Source: Squalus acanthias (lineage: Eukaryota). From it: a stretch of 64,000 bases of DNA. Both the position numbers and the translations under genes were made by a program. The stretch lies in NCBI GenBank assembly GCA_030390025.1, contig CM059432.1:27468001-27532000 (forward strand), written 5' to 3'. The notes under the pieces were generated by a model that saw only the letters and a list, made by a program, of their open reading frames with translations, had not been told where the DNA came from and made no database searches. Below are positions 23,333 to 36,640 of the stretch, piece by piece; the first letter of the stretch is position 1, and every line of letters starts with the position of its first letter.

Positions 23333-26300
23333 CTGGCATGCGAGAGTGTCAACATGCTCAGCACACAGCAGTCTGACTGGATAGAACAAGGGGGAACAAG
23401 GGATAGAGGGCATGGGAGAATAGTGAGTGGCGTTAGGGTGAGAAGAACATCAACACAGTGAGATCGGCCTCAAAGACTTCCCTTAGCATTTTTGACATTT
23501 TTTGCTGCAGCAGACCACTTACCCTATGCGTCAATGGTGGATTTTATCCAATCTACACTAGTTTTTCCTTCACAATCACATAGGCATCACACCAATTCAC
23601 TGAACATTACAGCAGTCATGAGGGAAGAGGCCAGGGGGATATCTTTCCAAATGAATGATTTCTTTCACTTTTAGAGCAAAGCTTCCAACGCCTTAAAAAA
23701 TCATTTTGAGGGTAACCAGATGGAAAACACAGAGTGCTGAGACAGAAAGCGACAAAATTGAATCATCGCAACAGCCGAGTTTAATTCTTTTGTGTAAAAA
23801 CAATTAAAAAGTTGTGCTGTGTTCATTGTTGGCGGATCACACACACAAACACACACACACAAATAGTTAAGTCCTTCTCCATGCATCAACAACAAAGTCC
23901 ATTTATATAAAAATAAATAACTTGCATTTATATAGCACCTTTCATGACCTCAGGATGTCCCAAAGTTCTTTACAGCCATTGGAGTACTTTTGAAGTGTAG
24001 TCATTGTTGTAATGTAGTAAACACAGCAGCTAATTTGCACACAGCAAGATCCCACAAACAGCAATGTCAGAACACCAAGATCTGTTCGTAACAGCAGCTT
24101 GAGATATGTTCAAAATAACCTGTTTTAGTGATGTTGGTTGAGGGATACATATTGGCCAGGACACCAGGGAGGATTCCCTTGCTCTTCTCTGAAATCGTGC
24201 CGTGGGATCTTTTACATCCACCTGAGAGGATAAACGGGGCTTTGGTTTAACGTCTTATCCAAAAAGACGGCACCCAAGACATTTCACAGAGAAGTGAGGG
24301 AAAATAAAATGGCCCCAGAGCCAAAGTAGGAAATAAAGGAAGGGTGATCAAAAGCTTGGTCATAGAGCTGGGCTTTAAGGAGGGTCTTAAAGGAGGAGAG
24401 GGAAGTGGATAGGCAGAAAGGTTTAGGGTGGGAATTCCAGAGATTGGAGCCTAAGATGGGTGATGGGATGGATGCACAAGATCCCAAACTTAGAGGAACA
24501 GACAACTTAGGGGGAGTTGCAGCACTGGATGAGGCTACAGAGCTGAAGAGGGGTGAGGCCATCAAAGGATTTTAAGCATGAGGGTGAGAATTTTAAATTG
24601 AGGCATTGGGAGATGGAGCCAAAGTAGGTCAGTGAGGACAGAGGTCCTGGATCTGGTGCAGGTTAGGATGCGGGCAGCAGAGTTTTGAATGAGCTTAAGT
24701 TTATGTCGGGTGGAGTTTGGCAAGCGGCCAGGAGAACATTGGAATAGTTGAAATAAAAACAGAAAATACTGGAAATACTCAGCAGGATTGCTCCACAAAT
24801 GCTGCCTGACCTGCTGAGTATTTCCAGCATTTTCTGTTTTTATTTCAGATTTCCAGCATCCGCAGAATTTTGCTTTTGTATTGGAATAGTTGAGTCTGGA
24901 GGTGACAATGAATGGATGAGGGTTTTTAGTGGCAGATAGAAGAAAGAACTTCAAATAGTGCCTTTCACATCCTCAGAATGTCCCAAAGCGCTTCATAGAC
25001 AAAGATGTACATTTGAAGTGTAGCTGCTGTTGCAATGTAGGGAAACGCAACAGCCAATTTGAACACAGCAAGCTCCCACAAACAAAAATAAGATCAATGA
25101 CCAGATAATCTGTTTTAGTGATCTTATTTTTTTTGTCTTAAAATACTCCTGTGCAGCGCCTTGGGACGTTTTACTACGTTAAAGGCGCTATATAAATACA
25201 AGTTGTTGTTGTTGTTGTTTGAGGGATCATTCTTGGCCAGATGGATTGAGATAAGGGCGGAAGCGAGCGATATTACGGAAGTGGAAGTAGGCAGAATTTT
25301 GAATGTAGAGGATATTGGGATGAAAGTCCAGCTCAGGGGCCGAGGATGTTAAGGTTACAAACAGACTAGATCCATAACTTCTTCAACCGAAGTCCCTCAA
25401 TCTTCCTATCCTACTGAGCACAAAAACCGCACGAGGCACCTTTGTGCAGGGAATGTGAATCGGTCAGCTCCGTGCCAATTCCTAACTACAAATGTGGACC
25501 AAGAGGTTACTGAAGCCAAGCGCTCATTGCTTACACGAGATGTGCATTCCAATAGGGCCGAGCCCCCACTATCCGGCTGCATGTGTCCTGATTTCACTGA
25601 TTACAGTTAATCCGCCTCTACTTTTTGTGAAGCTGCTTTGGTAGGAAAGAGCTAAAAGTGACAAATGGCAGTTGGAGATGGAATTTAATTAGAGGGCTGG
25701 TGTTAGATGCTTATTACATTCACTCGTCCAAGCTGCCCCCAATTACGAGGGAGAGCCTTCACCAGTGTAAAGGAAAGGTAAATAATGCCAGTGGAGTTTA
25801 ATCTCCCATTTTCAAAATGGATTATGTTCAGATAACCTGCTCATTTTCCTCGCACCACAGGCAGAGATTAATGTAGCTATTTGCCATGACACAGTAGGAC
25901 GATCAATGTTTACGCCACTTCTCCAGGGTTTCCGCGGATCTTCCGCTGAAATTATGGCAGACAATCGGGAGATTTCCCCAGTGAGAATTCAACCCCTTTT
26001 ATGTTGAACGGTATGATATAAAACCAGCAACTGCAGGTAAAACACAGCAAGTTGACCAACCTCTGAAAAGAGAAGGACCAGGTGTAAACCTATTGTCGGA
26101 ACTGCTGATTCTGACAAAGGGTTTCTGTGCAAAACATTAGCCTATTTCTTTCTATTTTCAGATGTTGATGCACTTGCTCTGAATTTCAACAACAACAACT
26201 TCCATTTATATAGCACCTTTAACGTAGTAAAATATCCCAAGGCTACATTACAACAGTGACTACCCTTCAAAAGTACTCCATTGGCTGTAAAGAGTTTTGG

Positions 26301-26689
26301 GACACCCTAAGGTCGTGAAAGGCACGATAGACAGCAACACTTTATTTTCTTTAAGGCGCTTCACAGGAGTGTAACCAAACAAAAATTGACACCAAGCCAA
26401 AGAAAAAAATATTAAGACAGACGACTTAAAGCTTAATCAAAGAAGTAGGTTTTAAGGAGCATCTTAAAGGAGGAGAGAGAGGTTTAGGGAGGGAATTCCA
26501 GAGCTTAGGGCATAGACGGCAGAAGGCACGGCCACCAACAGTGGGGCGAAGGAAGTGGGCAATGCGCAAGAGGCCAGAGTTGGAGGAACACTGAGTTCTC
26601 GGAGGGTTGTAGGGCTAGAGGAGGTTACAGAAATAGGGTGGGGCGAAGCCATGGAGGCATTCGAACACGAGGATGAGAATTTTAAAATC

Positions 26690-27245
26690 GAGGTCATAGA
26701 GTCATAACAACACAGAAAGAGGCCATTCGGCTCATCGAGTCCGTGCCAGCTCTCTGTAGAGCAATCCAGTCAGTCCCATTCCCCTGCTCTATCCCCGTAG
26801 CCCTGCAAGTTTATTTCCCTCAAGTGCCTATCCCCTTGAAAACATTGAGTGTCTCCGCTTCCACCACTTCCATCGGCAGTGAGTTCCAGGTCCTCAGCAG
26901 TCGCTGCGTAAAAAAGTTTTTCCTCACATCCCCCCTGTATCTCATGCCCAAAACCTTAAATCTGTGTCCCCTAGTCCTTGTACCATCAACTAGTGGGAAT
27001 AGCCTTTCCCCATCTTGCCTATCCAAACCCATCATAATCTTGTACGCCTCTATCAAATCACCCCTCAACCTCCTTTGCTCTAATGAAAACAAATCCAGCT
27101 TCTCCAACCTGCCCTTGTAGCGAAGATCCCCCATCCCCGGAACCATTCTGGTAAATCTCCTCTGCACCCTCTCAAGTGCCTTCACATCCTTCCTAAAGTG
27201 TGGTGACCAGAACTGGCCGCAATACTCCAGTTCTGGCCTAACCAG
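26690..27245 (-). mobile_element. CR1 3' fragment inserted in an L2-like fragment
   Basis: ALVRPELEYCGQFWSPHFRKDVKALERVQRRFTRM...RTRGHRFKV; L2-like sequence resumes on both sides. Confidence 0.8.
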
Positions 27246-27805
27246 CGCTGGAAGGAGACAATGTAGGTCAGCGAGCACAGGGGTGATGAGTGAACGAGAC
27301 TTGATGCAATTTAGGATACAGGCAGCAGAGTTTTGGATGAGCTCAAGTTTACAGTGAGTTGAAGATGGGAGGCCGGTCAGAAGAATATTGGAACAGTTGA
27401 GTCTGGAGGTAACAAAAGTAAGGATGAGAGTTTCAACACAGTTGGGCAGGGCGGAAACGGGCGATATTACGGACACTGACACCAGTACATAAAATGCTGG
27501 AACACTCAGCAGGCAGCATCTGTGGAGAGAGAAAGGTAGGGTTAACGCTTCAGGTCGATGATCCTTCATCAGATCTAGAAGATTTCCAATATTTTATGTT
27601 TTACTCCAGATTTCCAGCAACTGCAGTATTTTCCTTTTTGGTTTTACCATTATAAAAAGGCCTTTAACTTCAGACTTCCAGCATCTGCATGTTTTTCTCT
27701 TAAATTGCAAGGCATCAGTATGAGAAATAGCACAGGTGTGGCTGTTTCAAACACTGCACCGCTTTGACATCCAGGTGTGTAGTGCAATTAAAAATTAACT
27801 CAGAC

Positions 27806-27874
27806 CTGTCCTCAGGGTTTACACTGCTGCTGTTTTGGAACATGTCACTTAAAGGCTTGCTGATGTAAACCTTC
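27806..27874 (-). CDS. Candidate internal coding exon of an unidentified gene (KVYISKPLSDMFQNSSSVNPED)
   Basis: 69 nt, acceptor TCGCTCTGCCTCAG|, donor CAG|GTCTGA. Only one frame is open (phase 2-2). Confidence 0.35.
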
Positions 27875-29258
27875 CTGAGGCAGAGCGAATGCCTCATTTG
27901 CATGACAACACTGCAGCCAGCCCCTTTGTTAATCCTCAGCTTTTTCCCCAGAACTAAAGGCCGATTGTAGTAGGGTGAACAGCTCCTCCTGGAATATACA
28001 TCCTGTCTTGTTAATTACCTGCATTCAGGTGCAAACTGACTGAACTTCGGCTCCGCAATCAAAGACTCGTATAACAGCCGGGGGAAGCAGGTGAGAACAC
28101 TTGGGTTAAAGTGGCACCATCATCCTAGAAGTGGCCTCTCAGGACCATTTTGGCAATATCAGGATACTGTGTGCCTACCGCTACAGATTTGTTTCCATAA
28201 GATCAGAAGGTAATTACGGATAAGGAAGGCCATGTGGCCCATCATAGTTCACCCATCCATCGAGAGACAAAAGTTCCCCCATTGAAACATCCATTTGTTT
28301 CTCAAATAATCTTCAAGGTTTTTGCCTCCACTACTCTATCTGAAAGTTTATTCCACATGTTTTTTTTTACAGGTACATCAATAAAAAAAGGAAGGTCGGG
28401 ATGGGAATAGGGCCACTAAGGGATGGGCAGGATAATACCACAGGCAGTGATAAAGAGATGGCAGAAATATTAAATAATTACTTTGCCTCAGTATTTACCA
28501 GGGAGATAGAACAGGTGGACATGACATTGGATCATGAGATTAGTAATGAAATAACTGCATTTAAAATAAAAAGAGGAGATATATTAAATAAACTAATCAA
28601 ACTCAAAGAGGAAAAAAGCCCTGATGGATTACATTCGCGCATTTTAAAGGAATCTAGGGAAGAGATAGCAGAGGCATTACTGCACATATTTAATCATTCA
28701 TTAGAAAAAGGTGTAGTGCCAGAGGACTGGCGGATAGCTAACATAATTCCTATATTTAAGAAGGGAGATAGAACATGTCCAGGAAACTATAGACCAGTCA
28801 GCTTAACATCGGTGGTAGGAAAAATAATGGAATCCCTACTAAAGGAGAAAATAGAAGAACATCTAGAAGCCAAAAATATAATAATGAATAGTCAGCATGG
28901 ACTTCAAAAGGGAAAGTTTGACCAATCTTGACCAATTGCTTGACCAATCTCATTGAATTTTTTGAAGAGGTAACAGAGAGAATGCAGTAGATGTAATTTA
29001 TCTAGATTTTCAAAAGGCCTTCGATAAGGTACCACATAATCGACTAATGAATAAGGTTAGAGAATGCGGAGTCAGGGGACAAGTAGCAGAATGGATACGA
29101 TAGCAAAATACTGCGGATGCTGGAAATCCGAAATAATCTTCGACCTGAAAAGTTAACTCTGTTTCTCTCTCCACGGATGCTGCCTGGCCTGCTGAGTTTT
29201 TCCAGCGTTTTCTGTTGTTATTTAGCAGAATGGATAGCTAGCTGGCTTCAAGACAGAA

Positions 29259-29495
29259 ATGAGAAGTCGCACAACACCAGGTTATAGTCCAACAGATTTA
29301 TTTAATTTTACAAGCTTTCGGAGCGGTTCGCTCCTTCCTCAGGTAGGGTAGCAGTGATACTCTCACTGCTACCCTACCTGAGGAAGGAGCGAACCGCTCC
29401 GAAAGCTTGTAAAATTAAATAAATCTGTTGGACTATAACCTGGTGTTGTGCGACTTCTCATTTTTGTCCACCCCAGTCCAACGCCGGCATCTCCA
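29259..29495 (+). mobile_element. Penelope-derived long palindrome (family B) with a hammerhead motif on both strands
   Basis: About 100-bp perfect inverted arms around a loop near 29360. TSD CTTCAAGACAGAAA. Core TAC-CTGAGGA-A-GGAGCG-AAC-CGCTCC-GAAAG-CTT-GTA at 29375-29411. Confidence 0.8.
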
Positions 29496-29686
29496 CTTCA
29501 AGACAGAAAGCAGACAATAGGGGCAAAGGGTAGCTATTCACAGTGGCAGAAGGTGGGTAGTGGTGCTCCACAATGATCAGTGCTGGGACCACTGTTGTTC
29601 ACAATTTACATTAACGATTTAGACTTTGGAATCAAAAACACAATTTCTAAATTTGCGGATGACACCAAATTGTTAATACTGAGGAG

Positions 29687-29897
29687 AAGCATCCAGGAAG
29701 GCGCCGAACACCTCGAGTCTCTTTGCCGGAAGTTAGCGGAAGCCAAGCGCAAGCAGCGCAAGGAGCGCATGTCAACCCAAGCACCCCACCCACCCGCCCC
29801 TTCAACCACCGTCTGCCCCACCTATGACCGAGACTGTAGGTCTCGCATTGGACTCATCAGTCACCTGAGAACCGAGGGACTGCCTAAGAAGAAGACG
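29687..29897 (+). mobile_element. RTE-like LINE 3' fragment
   Basis: C-terminal TVCPTYDRDCRSRIGLISHLRT, tail GGGACTGCCTAAGAAGAAG, TSD AATACTGAGGAG. Confidence 0.75.
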
Positions 29898-31196
29898 AAT
29901 ACTGAGGAGGACTGCAACAAATTACAGGAAGACATTAATAAACTTCCAGAATGGGCATATAATTGGCAAATGAAATTCAACACAGATAAATGTGAGGTAT
30001 TACATTTTGGTAGGAAGAATAGGGAGGTCACTTATTACTTGGAGGGTGCAAGTCTGGGTGGGATAAAGGAGCAAAGGGATCTCGGAGTACAAATACACAA
30101 ACCACTAAAACTAGCGATACAGGTTAACAAGACCATAAAAAAAAAGCAAACCAGGCACTTGGGTTTATTTCTAGAGGGATAGAATTGAAAAGTAGTGAAG
30201 TTATGCTAAACTTGTATCGAACCTTGGTTAGACTATACTTGGAGTACTGCATACAATTCTGGTCACCATATTATAAAAAGGATATAGAGGCACTGGAGAG
30301 GGTGCAGAGAAGATTTACAAGGATGATACCAGAAATCCGAGAGTATACCTATCAGGAAAGGATGAACAGGCTGGGTCTCTTTTCACTTGAAATAGAAGGC
30401 TGACGGGTGACCTAATTGAGATCTTTAAAATTATGAAGGGTTTTGATATAGTGGATACAGAGAGAATGTTTCTACTTGTGGGGAAGAGCATAACTAGAGG
30501 CCATCAATATAATAGTCACCAAGAAATCCAATAGGGGATTCAGAAAAAACTTTATCCAGGGAGTGGAGAGAATGTGGAACTCGCTACCACAGGGAGTAGT
30601 TGAGGCGAATAGTATAGATGCATTTAAGGGGAGGCTAGATAAGCATATGAGGGGGAAGGGAATGCTGACAGAATTAGATGAGGAAAGACGGGAGGAGGCT
30701 CGAGTGGAGCATAAACGGCGGCATGGACTGGTTGGGCCGAATGTCCTGTTCTGTGCCGTATATCCTATGTAATCCTATGTTGATCACACTTTATGTGAAG
30801 AATTTCCAGATATCAATCCTAAAGTGACCTATTATTACTTTGAACCTGTGTCCCCCAGTTCTACTTCAACAGTTTCATTTAAAATAATATTCTAGGTTAA
30901 ACTTTTTCCATGCCATTAACAATCTTATATCCCTCTATAAGATCACTGCTCAGATGCCTCCTTTCCAGACTGACGGGCCAAAGTCTCTATAGTCCTTCCT
31001 CAGCCATGATCTTATTGAATGGCGGAGCAGGCTCGAGGGGCCAAATGGCCTGCTCCTGCTCCTGCTCCTATTTCTTATGTTCTTATGTTCTTATAGCTCA
31101 GAGTCCTGAGAGTAGGGACCAACCCCGTGGCTCTTCTCTGCACTGCCTCCAGTCACACTTAACGATGGAATCTGCATTAGTAATAAGTCACTTCAG

Positions 31197-32457
31197 GATT
31201 GATGCTCAGTTTGGGTTCTGCAAGGACCACTCGGCTCCAGACCTCATTACAGCCTTGGTCCAAACATGGACAAAAGAGCTAAATTCCAGAGGTGAGGTGA
31301 GAGTGACTGCCCTTGACATCAAGGCAGTATTTGACCGAGTGTGGCATCAAGGAGCCCTAGTAAAAGTGAATCGGGGGGAAATTCTCCACTGGCTAGATTC
31401 ATACCTAGCACAAAGGAAGATGGTTGTGGTTGTTGGAGGCCAATCATCTCAGCCCCAGGACATCGCTGCAGGAGTTCCTCAGGGCGGTGTCCTGGGCCCA
31501 ACCATCTTCATCACCTTCCCTCCATCATAAGGTCAGAAGTAGTGATGCTCACTGATGATTGCACAGTGTTCAGTTCCATTCGCAACTGCTCAGATAATGA
31601 GGCAACCTGTGCCCGCATGCAGCAAGCCCTGGACAACATTCAGGCTTGGGCTGATTAGTGGCAATTAACATTCACACTACACAAGTGCCAGGCAATGATT
31701 ACCTCCAACAAGAGAGAGTCTAACCACCTCCCCTTGACTATCGATGGCATTACTATCATAGAATCCCCCACCATCAACATCCTGGGGGTTACCATTGAGC
31801 AGAAACTTAACTGGACCAGCCACATAAATACTGTGGCTACAAGAGCAGGTCAGAGGATGGGTATTCTGCAGCGAATGACTCACTTCCTGACTCCCCAAAG
31901 CCTTTCCACCATCTACAAGGCACAAATCAGGAGTGTGATGGAAAACAATCCAATTGCCTGGATGAGTGCAGCTCCAACAACACTTAAGAAGCTCAAAACC
32001 ATCCGGGACAAAGCAGCCCATTTGATTGGCACCCCATCCACAACCTTAAACATTCACTCCCTCCACCACCGGCGCACTGTGGCTGCAGTGTGTACCATCT
32101 ACAAGATGCACTGCAACAACTCGCCAAGGCTTCTTCGACAGCACCTCCCAAACCCGCGACCTCTTCCACCTAGAAGGACAAGGGCAGCAGTCACATGGGA
32201 ACACCGGCACCTCCAAGTTCCCCTCCAAGTCACACACCATCCTGACTTAGAAGTATATCGTTGTTCCTTCATCGTTGCTGGGTCAAAATCCTGGAAGTCC
32301 CTCCCTAACAGCACTGTGGGAGTACCCTCACCACACGGTCTGCAGTGGTTCAAGAAGGCGGCTCACCACCACCTTCTCAAGGGCAATTAGGGATGGGCAG
32401 GCCATAAATGCTGGCCTTGCCAGCAATGGCCACATCCTGTGAATGAATAAAAAAAAT
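31197..32457 (+). mobile_element. Non-LTR retrotransposon RT and 3' end (CR1/L2/Crack group, exact clade unresolved), frameshifted
   Basis: QFGF, ALDIKAVFDRVWH, GVPQGGVLGP, LTDDCTV, ILGVTI...LNW..HI, A-rich tail. The same 3' end recurs at about 35.0, 62.8 and 63.95 kb. Confidence 0.85.
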
Positions 32458-33416
32458 CTCCACCAATGAGACGATAAAGCTCTTCCAAAACCTCCAGACC
32501 CTAATTTCAAACAAGACAAACCAGTGAGTAAGAAATAAGGCCTCAAATTTCCTCTGGTCCTGCTCTGTACCATAGGTGCTTTGGAGCAGGACTCCTGCCC
32601 AACCATCAGTTGCACCCCAGACTCGGTCCCACTCCTTGGGGTTAGGAGGACATTTAAATATTTCAGACGGGTGTCTGCACCATTAAACTGGGCTGCGTGC
32701 CTCAGTTGTGTGGGGGTTGGAAGCTCACTGCATACTTACACAGTTTACGATCGATGGCTGCAGGGAACCCAGCATTTAAAATGTCATATCACCCACCAGA
32801 GGCCCTTAACAATGCTGGAAGCCAGGACTCATTGCTCGGGCGCAAACGGCAGGAAATACGACGGTGTATGACGTACTTCTCTCATTTGCATGTTTTCATT
32901 ATATGCCAGTCCATAAGGCTAGGATTCAGTGGGATCTCTGTCCTGCTCATTATTAGCTACTTAGACACAACTGAATGATGGCTGAGGCCTACACAAGCCA
33001 TTATTTTGCTGAATCCTAAATCTGTTCTGCTACTGCTGCTGTTTTAGTTTACATTCTGTGAGACCAGTGTCCATGTGTCAGCTCCCACCTGGCCACCTTA
33101 TCCCTGTGACAGAATCAAGGACCCACGAAATAGGATAGGAGAGCTGGGTTTAACAGCATCACATAGGCACCGTTTCCCAAGTTGTATCCACTTGACAGCC
33201 TTTGCTGACAAATGTCAGTATCGGATTTGAACATCCTAGCCTAGAAATTAGTATGGGCCCGTTTTCGGGCTCAGACTTAGTCCTACGTGACCAGCACATA
33301 CCCGAACATAGAGGCCTGGGAATGATGGAATTCGTCCTCGGGCCTGTGGGATCGCAAATTAGGCCTGTGAAACGAAACCTATATCCCCTAGTCTTTAAAT
33401 ATATATTAACCAAGGC

Positions 33417-34217
33417 TGTAGGGCAGTAATATTAGAAATCATGTTTAAAGGATAGTTAATTCACTTATAGAGACATATCAATACGTACATATAGCTTTTA
33501 GATAGTTGCAAAGCATGATGGACTATTTGGTAATAATACTGAAAGAAGTGTTGCTACTTGCAGCCAGATTGTCGGAGTCCTACCTTATTTTCTAGGCATT
33601 TTAGAAGGTCATTATCAGTGCTACAGAAGCAGTGTTTATATGTAGTTGGCCTTCTGAAGAGATAAGGGAAACTGAACTGTACAGGGAGTCAGCCATTTCT
33701 CTCTTGGTCTCAAACACCTTATCTCCCTTTGGAGCGGACCTTGTTTATCATAATAAGCTTCTCTCGAGAATTAACGAAGTATTGGTTAGATACAACAATA
33801 TGGGAAAGGAAAGATAAGCGTGGTACGACCTTGTTTAAGAGACAAGATGGAGTCTGGTAGACCTCGCTCCCAGAGACTAGATGAAGGCCCCATGTATAAC
33901 AACTATGTGTTATGTTTAATGTCACAGAACATTTCAGGGCAGCTCCCAACATTGAGTGACTGATCATTAACCAATAAGGGAGCAATGGTAGCGACGCTGT
34001 TTGTATGTGTACGCCCACTTTTGTAACCTGTGGGTGTTGCCTATCGAAAGGTATATCAATGCTTGTATGTAGTTTTTCTTTTGAGAGTTGGGTTCGAGTC
34101 TGAGGAGATCAACCTCTCTCCCTTTGTGCACAAAGCCTTCTGGCTAGTTTCTAATAAACTTTTACTTTGTCTTCAGTTCCGTCTCCGTCTGGTTTTGCTC
34201 CAAAATTCGATGTAACA
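33417..34217 (+). mobile_element. Probable solo LTR
   Basis: TGTAG...TGTAACA termini, AATAAA at 34153-34158. No clean TSD seen. Confidence 0.45.
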
Positions 34218-34248
34218 GTAAGGCCCGTTGGTGAGTAATTGGGATGCC

Positions 34249-34451
34249 GGGAGCAGGGGTGACCTCTTAGGACTTTAATTAGTCCCGGTGGACTCGAATT
34301 GGGCCCCTGTGTAAAACCCGGAGCAGGGGTGACCTCTTCGGACTTTAATTAGTCCCGGTGGACTCGAATTGGGCCCCTGTGTAAAACCCGGAGCAGGGGT
34401 GACCTCTTCGGACTTTAATTAGTCCCGGTGGACTCGAATTGGGCCCCTGTG
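34249..34451. repeat. 70-bp tandem repeat, about 2.9 copies
   Basis: GAGCAGGGGT recurs at 34251, 34321 and 34391; units are near-identical. Confidence 0.95.
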
Positions 34452-36640
34452 AAAAAGTCCCAATTCTGATCTAACAGGCCTCATCAACATACTGGAAGCG
34501 TGACCAGCACCAGCAGCTCATCCAGGTGAAGATTTTAATGTCCTGCCGCCTGCCTCGCTGGCAATGGCCCTCAGTTAAGTGATGGGAGGGGGGCATTGGA
34601 GCGGCCTACTGGCATTAGGCTCCTAATTTACATATTTAAAGGGCCCGGGATGCCTATAAAAAAAGGGCCCATGAATTTATCAGTCGGACCAACGCCTGTG
34701 CAAATTAGGCGCAAGCCATCCCACTGCTAAATTGGTAAGCTGTGTGTCCTTTTACACCCAGAAAATGGGCACAACGCATACCAATTTCTAACCCCCTGTA
34801 TTGCCCTGTGCTCACCCCAGAACCCTTCAGGGCAAATGTCTTCTGTGCATGCTCAGATCTTGTGGGTGTGCTGGGTGTACAATCAGGTGGATCCACTGGG
34901 ATGAACCTAAGGTTGCCAACCCTCCATGATTGCCCTGGAGTCTCCAGGAATTTAGATTAACCTCCTGGACACTGCTGCAAACAACCTTCATCATCGCTGG
35001 GTCAAAATCCTGGAACTCCCTCCCTAACAGCACTGTGGGAGTACCTTCACCAGACGAACTGTAACAGTTCAAGAAGGCGACTCACCACCACCTTCTCAAG
35101 GGCAACTAGGAATGGACAATAAATGCTGGCCTTGCCAGCGACGCCCACATCCCAGGAACGTGTGTAAAAGAAAACCTGGGAGAAAAAGCATAGGGGCATT
35201 AAAAATGTAAAATATTGGAGATGGGGAAAAAAGGCTGTTTGACAGGGCAGGGAGGTTGGAAGCCTCATTGGAAATGAAAATCTGGAGAGACATATAGCAG
35301 GGTGCCGACTCGCTATCACCTGTTTTACACGAGCGCACAGAGTCAAATTCTACCCCATGTGTTTAAACCTCCAGGAATAAGTCCGACCAGAGTTGGCAAC
35401 CCAAGCCCAAGGCAGCCGTTGAGGTGGTCACAATTGACCTCAGCATCCCTGAGGTGACGGAGCATGAAAATCAGCCAGGGTGTCCTGCTGGATACCGTGC
35501 CTGTGTGGATGTTAGGTGGTGATGGAATGGGGCTTGGTTGTGACGCTCCTCAAGGTAAAATAGCTGACACTCACTGTCTGTTCTCACACATGAAGAAGGA
35601 CCTACTGGATGGTAGCTGATAGCTTTGAAACCATTGCGTAAGGTAGGTGAGGAGTAGATGGAACTTTGGAGGGGGGAAGGGAGAGCACTAAGCACGAGGG
35701 CTGGCATCTGTGTTTTTCCTGCTGCCGAGTCCTGTTGACCAGGACTTTCCTCAACGCTTTTCCCGCTCCGCCACCGTAACTTTAGGCAGAAGTTCGGTGG
35801 AAACCCCATCTAGGGAGCAGGAGAAGCTATGAGGAAATTCCTAGCTGTTAATTTTCTTTCTCCCCTAGCTTTTAATGTCACTTTTCAGCAGGGACCACTG
35901 ACCACTGTCTATTGATCAGGGGTCTGATCCCTGACTGATTGCCCCCTCCCTCCTCACTAGCATCCACCATTAAACTAAGATCTTGAGGCCCAAGGACAGA
36001 TCAGGGACTAAGCCAAAACCATCCTGATTAATAGAGCTCAGTATCCCACTGACACACCAGAGCATCGATGCAGTTTGACTCACAACCTTTAATTGAAGAT
36101 CAATTGTTAAATCGATTGTGATCTCCCTTGTTCACACTTCATCCCTTAAATCTAAATTGGCTGTTGATTAGAAGTTATCAATCTATTGGGGCTGACCTAT
36201 GAAAGTGGTGCAAAGGAGCAAATCGTTGCTGATTAGAAACAAACACACATTAGCTTAAAACCTTTAAGAAGAAAGATGAGAAAAGGCAATGGGGAATAAA
36301 CCGAAAATGAGACTACAGTAAGGTTGACAACCCTCCCGGATGGTTCAGGGGTTTCCCGGAATTGCCAGTCGATCTCCCGGACACTGCTACTGGCAATCCA
36401 GGAGAAAAGTAATGAAAACAGAAAATGCTGGAAATACTCAGCAGGTCAGGCAGCATCTGTGGAGAGAGAAACAGAGTTAACGTTTCAGGTCGATGACCTT
36501 TCATCAGGAGGAAAGGGGGGAAAAAGATTCGGTATCGACCATTTTGGGGCACTAACATCGCTTGGGCGCTAATTAGTGCTGGCAACCGCAAAATTGAGTT
36601 TTAGAGCCCCAAGAGGGAAGTGGAACACTAGACCAAGCGC

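Larger units (their letters stand above)
28360..30780 (+). mobile_element. 5'-truncated degenerate CR1 LINE (RT region) with three nested insertions
   Basis: GNYRPVSLTSVVGK, LDFQKAFDKVPH, LGPLLFTIYINDL, SKFADDTK and LEYCIQFWSP, ending in a (ATCCTATGT)-type tail. Confidence 0.9.
33237..34795. mobile_element. Harbinger-type MITE containing an LTR-like insert and a 70-bp tandem repeat
   Basis: Degenerate TIRs CTAGAAATTAGTATG (about 33241) and CATACCAATTTCTAACCCC (ending about 34795). Confidence 0.5.

Noticed and set aside
26820..27569. 249-aa ORF as a novel chimeric gene
   Set aside because: Chance in-frame read-through of adjacent Penelope, L2-like and CR1 fragments.
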